Positions 1-6,351 of a DNA stretch of 12,962 bases are shown piece by piece. Position 1 is the first letter of the stretch. Each line of letters begins with the position of its first letter. The stretch comes from Candidatus Kerfeldbacteria bacterium RIFCSPHIGHO2_12_FULL_48_17 (GTDB lineage Bacteria; Patescibacteriota; Patescibacteriia; HO2-48-17). The stretch is taken from positions 47,802 through 60,763 of the forward strand of contig MHKD01000019.1 of assembly GCA_001818775.1 (NCBI GenBank), read 5' to 3'. The notes below the pieces were generated by a model, which was not told where the DNA came from, did no database searches, and worked only from the letters and a program-made list of their open reading frames with translations. The position numbers and the translations under genes were made by a program.

Positions 1-145
1 GGTGGGGCGGACGTCTTTTTTGTTGATGGCCGCTGGCGGTTTGTAGTTGACAAGATAGCAGAATTGTTTTACTACACAGTGGCTGCGGAAGAGCAAAAAA
101 AGTAGTTTTGTAGGCATATTAACAATCAAAGAAGGAGAAAAGGCT

Positions 146-2311
146 ATGTTTCAAGAATATGGAGTACTCAATTACTATGACCACATGAATTTGGAGAGAA
201 CGGGAAAGCAGGTCGTGGGACCGGTACAGGGGCAAATGGAAGTGCTCACCGATCAGGTTTCGGGAATGACGGGTGATATGCAGACGGCAATGGAAAATGC
301 CAATGAGCAGATGAGGGATGCGATTTCGGACGTGATTGCTTCACAGGAACGGATTGCTGCTCAGAGACAGGAAATGTTTTTTGAGTTAACCAACATGTTG
401 GGGAGCATACAGGATTCTATAATTGGTGGTTTCACTGACATGCTGTCAGTCCTCGATGACATGAATGACAGTTTAGAGCAGCTCCTGGAAATTGCGCGGA
501 CACCCAATGAAACGGCTGCGATGGAACATTTCGTTCATGCAAGGGACAATTTTGACAAAAGTTTATATCCTGAAGCAATGAAGCGGATTGATTTTGCTAT
601 TTTTGGTGATGGCAGGCGTTGTTCCGGTCATCCGGAAGAATGGCGGTTTCACTACCTTCGTGGGCTTCTGTTTTCCGATCCTTTGGCTGGGTATAACGAT
701 AGTAAGCAGGCCGAAGCGTGTTTTCTGACGGCGGCTCGTTATGCCAAAGCGGATGATTACACAGAGGATGCGGGTATGCATATGCTGTCAGCTTCCTGGA
801 TGTCGTATGTCCAAAAAGATTTTATTCGCTCGGCGCAACAATGCAGCGAGGCTTTACAGTTGATCCCGGGATTTGCTGAGGCGTTGTATCATCAGGCAAA
901 ATTGCAGATAGAGATGGAGAAAGTTCCAGACGCTTTGCAATCGCTTGAAGCCTTGGTGAATGTATCCCCAAAGCATTTTCTCAAAGTCGCTGCTGATTCG
1001 GTGTTTGCTGCGAAATCGCTGGAACTCACGCCGTTTTTTGTGAAACTTCGCGACGAGAAAAAGCGGGTGCTGCGGAAAATAGTTTCAGAGGATCTTACTG
1101 AGGCGGAACTGTGGTTGAGTCGTGGTGTCGAAAATGATGCGAAACTTCAATACGTTATTTTTCTGCGTAATTTTTTGGAATGCACACCGAATGATCTGGT
1201 CACGTTGTTTGAACAGGAAGGAGACGTTGTTTTTTATGTTGTAGAATTAAGTAAAGACAACACTTGCTGGAAACGAGCATGGGAAATTTTGAAAATTTTT
1301 GAAGAGAAGATTCCAAATTTTACCAGGCAGCAGAAGGAAGGGTTGTTTTTAGAATTTTATGGCTGGTCTGACTTACCCGGCATGGTTCATCGGTTTTGCG
1401 AGGCGATGGTGAATTGTGGTATTAAGGAGATTGCATTGAGGGCTGAGAAGATTCGGGATACTGACTGGTGCACTCAAGAAATGCAACGTCTTATTTCTGA
1501 TCGGGAAAAAAGGCTAGAACAAAAGAGAAAGGAGCAAGAAAGACAGAAAAAAGAGGCGAATTTCGGAATCTTTGCTTGGTATTATAATTCTTTTTCCAAG
1601 AAAAATCATATTGTAGGAGATATAATTTACTCCTACAACAGCTGGTTTTTTTGGCTGCTGTTTTTCGACATGTTTTTGTGGGCCCTCTCTTTGGTAGCTC
1701 TGTGGTTTTACCTGCCATTTGTTAGTGTGGGATGGCGCATAGGTGCATATCTGACAGGTTTCGCCTGGGTTCTGTTTAATGCTATTTTATGGACCATTTT
1801 TCTTTTCAGTTTTGTTGTTGTTCGGAAAACTGAAGTGGCGCTCTTTAGAATTGGTGGAGTTGTTCAGAAATGGCCGGGTTTGGGGGAATCAATTTTTTGG
1901 AAAGCGCCAGGTGTTGGGGTGATAATCATCTCTGTGGCGCCAGTGGATTATATTTTTCCCAGTATCGAAGTTGAAGTTTCGTCGGGGAAAAAATTATGGT
2001 TCGATCAAGTCCACGTTACCAGCACTGTTTGCAAGCAGCGGGCTTATCTTCAAATGGAGATAGGTGACGAAGACCCGGTAAAATTTGCTCAAAAGCGGAT
2101 TGCTCTAAAGCTTCATGACGCAATCCAGAAATGGATTGCGGATAACATAAGGGAAAATGACGGGCAAAAAAATGAGGATTACAGGCAGATCCAACTGTGT
2201 AGAGAGGAAGTAAAGCTGGCTATGGAACAGGCAGCTGCTGCAGAGCTACGGAGCTATGGATTCGATATTCGGGTTATTTCACCAGGGAATATGCGCCTAT
2301 CTCCAAAGTAA
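146..2311 (+). CDS. Multidomain membrane protein: N-terminal soluble TPR-like/helical region, basic coiled-coil, 2-3 TM helices, C-terminal divergent SPFH/band-7-like domain
   Basis: ATG at 146 follows GAAGGAG (131-137) with an 8-nt spacer, opening a 721-aa ORF. Residues ~1-470 are hydrophilic and helical with TPR-like stretches (EALQLIPGFAEALYHQAKLQIEMEKVPDALQSLEALVNVSPKHF). A basic coiled coil DREKRLEQKRKEQERQKKE precedes the hydrophobic segments WFFWLLFFDMFLWALSLVALWFYLPF and AYLTGFAWVLFNAILWTIFLFSFVVV. The C-terminal ~170 aa align to the SPFH cores of the two downstream paralogs (GGVVQKW..GESIFW..VDYIFPSIEVEV..YLQME.., ending SYGFDIRVISPGNMRL versus QYGVLARVISLGDITL in the 4719 gene). Confidence 0.8.
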   Translation: MFQEYGVLNYYDHMNLERTGKQVVGPVQGQMEVLTDQVSGMTGDMQTAMENANEQMRDAISDVIASQERIAAQRQEMFFELTNMLGSIQDSIIGGFTDMLSVLDDMNDSLEQLLEIARTPNETAAMEHFVHARDNFDKSLYPEAMKRIDFAIFGDGRRCSGHPEEWRFHYLRGLLFSDPLAGYNDSKQAEACFLTAARYAKADDYTEDAGMHMLSASWMSYVQKDFIRSAQQCSEALQLIPGFAEALYHQAKLQIEMEKVPDALQSLEALVNVSPKHFLKVAADSVFAAKSLELTPFFVKLRDEKKRVLRKIVSEDLTEAELWLSRGVENDAKLQYVIFLRNFLECTPNDLVTLFEQEGDVVFYVVELSKDNTCWKRAWEILKIFEEKIPNFTRQQKEGLFLEFYGWSDLPGMVHRFCEAMVNCGIKEIALRAEKIRDTDWCTQEMQRLISDREKRLEQKRKEQERQKKEANFGIFAWYYNSFSKKNHIVGDIIYSYNSWFFWLLFFDMFLWALSLVALWFYLPFVSVGWRIGAYLTGFAWVLFNAILWTIFLFSFVVVRKTEVALFRIGGVVQKWPGLGESIFWKAPGVGVIIISVAPVDYIFPSIEVEVSSGKKLWFDQVHVTSTVCKQRAYLQMEIGDEDPVKFAQKRIALKLHDAIQKWIADNIRENDGQKNEDYRQIQLCREEVKLAMEQAAAAELRSYGFDIRVISPGNMRLSPK

Positions 2312-2359
2312 GCCATTTTTTAGACACGTATCCCAAATTTGAAAGTTGTTAAATTTACC

Positions 2360-2438
2360 CTAAGGAGGTGATTTTTCACTGCACATTCAAGAAACCTGAC
2401 GTATGTTTTATAACATATACTCAGGTTTTTTGTTTTTT
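2360..2438 (+). repeat. Copy A (degenerate) of a thrice-repeated operon-end element: perfect SD TAAGGAGGTGATT + intrinsic terminator
   Basis: TAAGGAGGTGATT at 2361-2373 is a 12-nt complement of the 16S 3' end. It is followed by cactgcacattcaagaaaCCTGAC...TCAGGttttttg, which shares flanks with the copies at 4462-4541 and 6969-7049. The ATG of the mini-ORF seen in those copies is absent here (cactGcac versus cactTATGcac). Confidence 0.6.
2395..2438 (+). terminator. Rho-independent terminator after the 721-aa gene
   Basis: Hairpin CCTGAC-GTATGTT-ttat-AACATATAC-TCAGG (2395-2425) followed by TTTTTTGTTTTTTG (2426-2439). Confidence 0.65.
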
Positions 2439-2482
2439 GTAAGCGGCTTTATATGCACGTAAGCAGCGGTAGCGAGGGTTTG

Positions 2483-2511
2483 TTGACTTTCTTGTGGATT
2501 TAGTATCTAAT
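2483..2511 (+). promoter_or_regulatory. Sigma-70-like promoter for the short-SPFH operon (TTGACT-17 nt-TCTAAT), paralogous to the promoter at 4573-4601
   Basis: TTGACT at 2483-2488 and TCTAAT at 2506-2511 are separated by a 17-nt spacer. The spacer-to-leader region aligns without gaps to 4573-4629, and the predicted TSS near 2518 starts the conserved leader cactttattggggtaattgtgcc (2517-2539). Confidence 0.5.
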
Positions 2512-2582
2512 GTAGGCACTTTATTGGGGTAATTGTGCCTTTAATAAAGCGTACTTCGACAATACAGAAAAAGGAGAAAGAC

Positions 2583-3227
2583 ATGAACAGAAGCTTTGCA
2601 CGCGGAGCGTTGATAACAGCCTTAATTTTCATTCCGGTGTTGGTGCTGGCTGCACTATTTATGGAGCAGTATTGGGCGGGTTCGGAATTTTTTCCGGGTT
2701 TGGACTTGGTTTTGTCCGGTTTGGCGTCGTTGGCCGTTCTCTTTGTCATTTTTGGTATAGTGGTGGTGCCCATCAATCATGTCGGCGTTATCGTTCTCAT
2801 GGGTCAGATTCAGAATTCGACACCCCTTCGTGAGGGTATATGCTGGGTACCGTTTTGGGCACAGGTGTTTTTTGAGTCGTTGGCGCCCAGAAAGGTGCAA
2901 ATTGACCCCATTGAATTCGAGTTTGAGGGGTCATTTTCCAAGCTTTCAAATATCCGCGTAGAGGTCAATGTGGATCCGGAGCGCGCGTTTCAATATTTCC
3001 GGCTTGATGAGAAAATTCGCGCCGAGCAGATAGATGCAAGGGTCTACAGTATTGCAAAGAAGACGCTGCAGCGCTTTATTGATGGTACTGATCGCCCCGG
3101 AACAAAAAGAAGAACCGTTCGGGAATTTAAGGCTGCCAGTGAAGACGCCAAGACTCGGCTTAATGAGGCTTTGAATGACGAGCTTTACGAGCATGGTGTC
3201 CAGGCTTGCGTTGTTTCTTTGGAGTAG
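2583..3227 (+). CDS. Short SPFH/band-7 (HflKC/flotillin-like) membrane protein, truncated relative to its paralog
   Basis: ATG 2583 follows AAGGAG (2571-2576) with a 6-nt spacer. The ORF track's GTG at 2535 has no SD. A short basic N-terminus is followed by two hydrophobic segments (ALITALIFIPVLVLAALF, LVLSGLASLAVLFVIFGIVVV). The core VPINHVGVIVLMGQIQN..EGICWVPFWAQV..IDPIEFEF..IRVEVNVDP..YFRLDE matches the band-7 pattern and aligns with the 4719 gene. It ends at HGVQACVVSLE*, where the paralog continues YGVLARVISLGDITLPDRIKQAIE. Confidence 0.75.
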   Translation: MNRSFARGALITALIFIPVLVLAALFMEQYWAGSEFFPGLDLVLSGLASLAVLFVIFGIVVVPINHVGVIVLMGQIQNSTPLREGICWVPFWAQVFFESLAPRKVQIDPIEFEFEGSFSKLSNIRVEVNVDPERAFQYFRLDEKIRAEQIDARVYSIAKKTLQRFIDGTDRPGTKRRTVREFKAASEDAKTRLNEALNDELYEHGVQACVVSLE

Positions 3228-3271
3228 CGTAGAACTTGATCATGTAACGGGAAAAAAGAAAGGAAATAGTT

Positions 3272-3892
3272 ATGTCGCAAAACAAATGGAAATATGGTGA
3301 TTTGCTCTTTGGGCAAGGGTGGTTGTCGGTCCTGGTGTGGGTGGTGTTGGTCCCTGTTTTTTGTTTTTTAGTCTCGGTTGCGATGGGGTATTTAGAGTAC
3401 CGCGATTGGGTCGCCACCAACCGTTTCCCGGAACCTGTTAAGGCGCCGATTGACCCAGCAGTGGTTGCTGAGCAGGTAAAGGAGGAAGCTAAACAAAGAG
3501 CCGAAAATCTTAAAAAAATCGAATCGCTGATCAAGCAGGCAGCGGCTTACGAGCGGCAGGCTAAGTACGCTGCAGGGGAAGAAAAGTTCTTCCTTTACCC
3601 TATTGTATGGAAGCATTGCCAGGGGCCTGTCTTAGGACCTGGTCTTTGGCATGTCATTATTTATAAGTGGGTATCAGACCGGCCATTCAAATTTGATCTT
3701 ACCAAGGGCCCGGCTGATGGCGAGGCTGAAGAATACACCAACTTCACCCTCGACACTATCGTAAAACCGGATGCCGGTCGCCAGATAGGTATTCCAGGCG
3801 GTTTTAGCGAGCCGGACTCGTTGTTTTTTTATCATTTAACAAATAAGGCACCGGGTCCATCTTGGGTGAGCGTGCCGCCGCAATGTCAATGA
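3272..3892 (+). CDS. Small membrane-anchored protein, paralog 1 of a conserved SPFH-associated family of unknown function
   Basis: ATG 3272 follows AAAGAAAGGAAA. It lies 44 nt downstream of the SPFH gene. The N-terminus MSQNKWKYGDLLFGQGWLSVLVWVVLVPVFCFLVSVAMGYL is a single TM anchor, followed by a charged helical linker. The C-terminal ~110 aa carry EEKFFLYPIVWKHCQGPVLGPGLWHVIIYKWV ... SLFFYHL..PGPSWVSVPPQCQ, shared with the ORFs at 3928 and 6352. Confidence 0.8.
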   Translation: MSQNKWKYGDLLFGQGWLSVLVWVVLVPVFCFLVSVAMGYLEYRDWVATNRFPEPVKAPIDPAVVAEQVKEEAKQRAENLKKIESLIKQAAAYERQAKYAAGEEKFFLYPIVWKHCQGPVLGPGLWHVIIYKWVSDRPFKFDLTKGPADGEAEEYTNFTLDTIVKPDAGRQIGIPGGFSEPDSLFFYHLTNKAPGPSWVSVPPQCQ

Positions 3893-3927
3893 GGGGTTTG
3901 TCAAAAAAAAATAGAAAGGAAAGTAGT

Positions 3928-4455
3928 ATGCCACAGAAGAAATGGAAGTATAGTGATTTGCTGTTTGGGCAAAGGTGGTTGTCGGTGGTGGCTTGGGTTG
4001 CGCTGGTGGTTTTTGGTTATTTGTTCCTGAGCCTGGTTGGCTCCTACATGATAAGTCGTGAAAACCGGGAAAAATCTGGCGAGATGGCAGCGACCATTGA
4101 TTCCAGTCAGAGGCAGAGGTTCGCGCCTGGCGAAGAGAAGTTTTTTAACTTCCCCTTTAGGTGGTATTCCTGTACTGGTGCCCATTTTGGGCCAGGCAGG
4201 TGGCATGTTGCCATCTATAAGTGGGTTTCGGCAGAGTCGATTTCTGCCTTCGAGCCTAAGGTATCAAAGAAAACCCATCTCAAATTGTATGTCGACAATA
4301 AGTTTCCACTCCTTGTCGACAACCGGGACGGGGTACTGCATCATATCCCACTTGGGCATGATGACCCAGATTCTTATTTTCTTTATGAAATAAAGAATTT
4401 GGGAAAGGACCCTGGTTGGGTTCAGCTCCCCCGGTCATGTCTCAAGGGGGATTAG
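3928..4455 (+). CDS. Small membrane-anchored protein, paralog 2 of the SPFH-associated family
   Basis: ATG 3928 follows GAAAGGAAAG (3914-3923). The TTG extension to 3862 in the ORF track has no SD and overlaps the previous stop. The N-terminus MPQKKWKYSDLLFGQRWLSVVAWVALVVFGYLFLSLVGSYM is a TM anchor. The C-terminus carries GEEKFFNFPFRWYSCTGAHFGPGRWHVAIYKWV ... SYFLYEIKNLGKDPGWVQLPRSC. Confidence 0.78.
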   Translation: MPQKKWKYSDLLFGQRWLSVVAWVALVVFGYLFLSLVGSYMISRENREKSGEMAATIDSSQRQRFAPGEEKFFNFPFRWYSCTGAHFGPGRWHVAIYKWVSAESISAFEPKVSKKTHLKLYVDNKFPLLVDNRDGVLHHIPLGHDDPDSYFLYEIKNLGKDPGWVQLPRSCLKGD

Positions 4456-4461
4456 CAAAAA

Positions 4462-4541
4462 CAAACAGAAAGGAGGTGATTCACTTATGCACATTTAAAA
4501 AAATCTGACAGCGTTTTACGAAGCGTCTGCTCAGATTTTTT
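4462..4541 (+). repeat. Copy B of the operon-end element: AAAGGAGGTGATT SD + mini-ORF ATG-CAC-ATT-TAA + intrinsic terminator
   Basis: caaacagaaAGGAGGTGAttcacttATGcacattTAAaaaaatctgacagcgttttacgaagcgtctgctcagattttttg. Roughly 95% identical to 6969-7049. SD at 4471-4479, with a 7-nt spacer to ATG 4487-4489 and stop at 4496-4498. Confidence 0.7.
4503..4541 (+). terminator. Rho-independent terminator ending the short-SPFH/partner operon
   Basis: Imperfect hairpin TCTGACAGCG-ttttacgaa-GCGTCTGCTCAGA followed by TTTTTTG (4535-4541). Confidence 0.65.
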
Positions 4542-4572
4542 GTTTATTTTTAGCCTTTTTTGGCGTTTTGTA

Positions 4573-4601
4573 TTGACTTTTTCTTTATTTTTCTGTATAA
4601 T
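4573..4601 (+). promoter_or_regulatory. Sigma-70-like promoter for the flotillin-like operon (TTGACT-17 nt-TATAAT)
   Basis: TTGACT at 4573-4578 and TATAAT at 4596-4601 (preceded by TG) are separated by a 17-nt spacer. The predicted TSS near 4608 starts the conserved leader cactttgttggggtaattgtgcc (4607-4629), leaving a leader of about 110 nt before ATG 4719. Confidence 0.6.
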
Positions 4602-4718
4602 ATAGCCACTTTGTTGGGGTAATTGTGCCGCAGCAAAGGGTTGTTTGACAACTTAAAATCAATAGAGGCCCACGCCGTGCGGCGGAGGAGCTGAATATAA
4701 AGAAAGGAGATTGATTTT

Positions 4719-6350
4719 ATGATTAAAATTAATCTTCATACAGAAAAGAGGAAGAAAATGAAAAAAAAGAACTCCGCCAAGGCCGAAACCCTGGGAGATT
4801 TTTTAAAGAGACTGTTTTTTGTTCTGCTGTGGGTGACAGGGTCGACGCTGGCTACTGTGCTTGTTTTCCTTCTTGTTAAGAAGGGATTAGTTTTTCTGCC
4901 AGAAGTTTCACTCCAAGATTTTTCGGGTGTCTGGTCTGTTCTGGGGATGGTGGGGCAGGGAGTTGCCTTGATAATTGGTGCCTTTGTTTTATTCGGTATA
5001 AGGCCCATACCCACCAATTATGTGGGGGTCACTACGCTTTTTGGAAAGATTCAAAACCGTGTCCTCCATGAAGGTATCAACTTGGTGTGGTTCTGGTATG
5101 ACTATCAGAAAGCCTCCACGGCGCCTCGGACTGTCAAGCTGGAACCGACGGAGTTTGAGTTTAGGGATGCACCTTCGAAGATTGCGGGGGTGCATATTCA
5201 GGTGCAGGTCAATCCAACTTGTCCGCAGGGTTACTTTCGTCTCACCGAGGAGACGCGGGAGACGGAAGTGGACGGGGCCGTGCGCAGTGTTGTGCAAAAA
5301 GTGCTGCAGAACCTGATTGACAATGCCGGGTCCCAGATGACCGTGGACGAGTTTAAGGGCGTCTCAGATAAAGTCACAAAGGAGCTGAGTAGAACGCTCA
5401 ACTCCCAAATTTCTCAGTATGGCGTCCTGGCGCGTGTTATTTCCCTTGGTGACATAACGTTGCCTGATAGAATCAAACAGGCAATTGAGTCGGTGAAGAC
5501 GCGTGAGAGGATGGCTGTGACTCTCAAGGCGCAGGAGGGTCATATTCGGAAGCTTGTTGAGGAGGGGCTTGATGCCAGGAGGATTCAACCGCCAGTCGAG
5601 GAAACTCCGGACCAGCTGCAAAAGCGGATAATTCCGTTGGTTCTTGAGAATCTTAAGGAGGCTGGGTATTTTCCCCCACTTCAGGAAACCCTAGAGCAGT
5701 TTGAGGCCCGTCTCAAATCTTTGGCATCGCAGCGCTTGAGGAACAGGGGAATTTCCGAGCCAACCAGAGAATCTGCAGAAGACCATAAAAAAAGGTTGGA
5801 AACAGATGTCCTGGCGACTTTGCAGCTGCAGGGTGTTGTGCGGCCCGTGGCTGAAGATCTGGCGACACGGGAAGCTCGTTTGGCCGGAATTGTCCGGGCC
5901 AGTTTTCTCATTTCTTCTACTGAGCCAGTGCCTCCAGCGGTCGCCAGTATTTTTTCTAAAGAAATGCAGACGCTGCGGCAGTTGGAAGAGCAGAAGTTCC
6001 TTGGCTATGCTGCCGCTTTTTCTAAGGAGCTGGAGCGACTTGAGGCTATTGACGCAGCAGTAGCCGACCGTTTTTATTCTGTTTTTGAGGAGGAAGTTGC
6101 GCGTTTGCGCAGTGCCCAGGAAAAGCAGATAAAAGATTTCAATGCCGCTTTTTCTAAGGAGCTGGGGGACCTAAAAGCAGAAGAACGGCGTCGCTATGAT
6201 GACGCCAAAAGAACTTATGATGAGCAGGTTGAGCGCTTGGAGGCTTCGTTCCAGCATGAGCAGGAAGAGGCTACCAAGCAGGAGTTGTATTCCAAAAATC
6301 CAAACTTCCTGTTGGGACTTGACCCCACAGGTAAAAAGAAAGGAAAATAA
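4719..6350 (+). CDS. Flotillin-like SPFH/band-7 membrane protein with long C-terminal coiled-coil carrying three FSKE(L/M) repeats
   Basis: ATG 4719 follows AAAGGAG (4703-4709) with a 9-nt spacer. An alternative ATG at 4758 follows GAGG. The basic N-terminus and hydrophobic segments (LFFVLLWVTGSTLATVLVFLLV, VWSVLGMVGQGVALIIGAFVLFGI) lead into the SPFH core NYVGVTTLFGKIQNRVLHEGINLVWFW..LEPTEFEF..IQVQVNP..YFRLTEE..QYGVLARVISLGDITLPDRIKQAIESVKTRERMA, which resembles HflK/HflC and flotillin. An E/A/R/Q-rich coiled coil follows, with ASIFSKEMQ, AAAFSKELERLEA and NAAFSKELGDLKA repeats. Confidence 0.85.
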   Translation: MIKINLHTEKRKKMKKKNSAKAETLGDFLKRLFFVLLWVTGSTLATVLVFLLVKKGLVFLPEVSLQDFSGVWSVLGMVGQGVALIIGAFVLFGIRPIPTNYVGVTTLFGKIQNRVLHEGINLVWFWYDYQKASTAPRTVKLEPTEFEFRDAPSKIAGVHIQVQVNPTCPQGYFRLTEETRETEVDGAVRSVVQKVLQNLIDNAGSQMTVDEFKGVSDKVTKELSRTLNSQISQYGVLARVISLGDITLPDRIKQAIESVKTRERMAVTLKAQEGHIRKLVEEGLDARRIQPPVEETPDQLQKRIIPLVLENLKEAGYFPPLQETLEQFEARLKSLASQRLRNRGISEPTRESAEDHKKRLETDVLATLQLQGVVRPVAEDLATREARLAGIVRASFLISSTEPVPPAVASIFSKEMQTLRQLEEQKFLGYAAAFSKELERLEAIDAAVADRFYSVFEEEVARLRSAQEKQIKDFNAAFSKELGDLKAEERRRYDDAKRTYDEQVERLEASFQHEQEEATKQELYSKNPNFLLGLDPTGKKKGK

Positions 6351-6351
6351 A

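Noticed and set aside
1-145. Possible terminator stub (GGTGGGGCGGACGTCTTTTTTG, 1-22) and promoter (TTGACA 47-52) upstream of the 721-aa gene
   Set aside because: The hairpin would be cut by the window edge, so it cannot be verified. No acceptable -10 hexamer lies 16-18 nt after TTGACA (TACTAC at best).
563-1718. Minus-strand ORFs 563-781 and 1491-1718 inside the 721-aa gene
   Set aside because: Short antisense ORFs with no SD and no recognisable features. The sense-strand gene is continuous and has a strong RBS.
2535-2582. GTG-initiated N-terminal extension of the short SPFH gene (MPLIKRTSTIQKKEKD...)
   Set aside because: No SD precedes GTG 2535, which lies inside the predicted leader or promoter region. 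ATG 2583 has AAGGAG at ideal spacing and gives an N-terminus parallel to the paralog.
3862-3927. TTG-initiated extension of partner paralog 2 overlapping the stop of paralog 1
   Set aside because: ATG 3928 with a GAAAGGAAAG SD gives an N-terminus (MPQKKWKYSDLLFGQ) homologous to paralog 1 (MSQNKWKYGDLLFGQ). The extension has no SD and no counterpart in the paralogs.
6196-6351. N-terminal extension of partner paralog 3 back to 6196
   Set aside because: It lies entirely within the flotillin-like gene in another frame. ATG 6352 follows an SD and the upstream stop, and gives the conserved family N-terminus.
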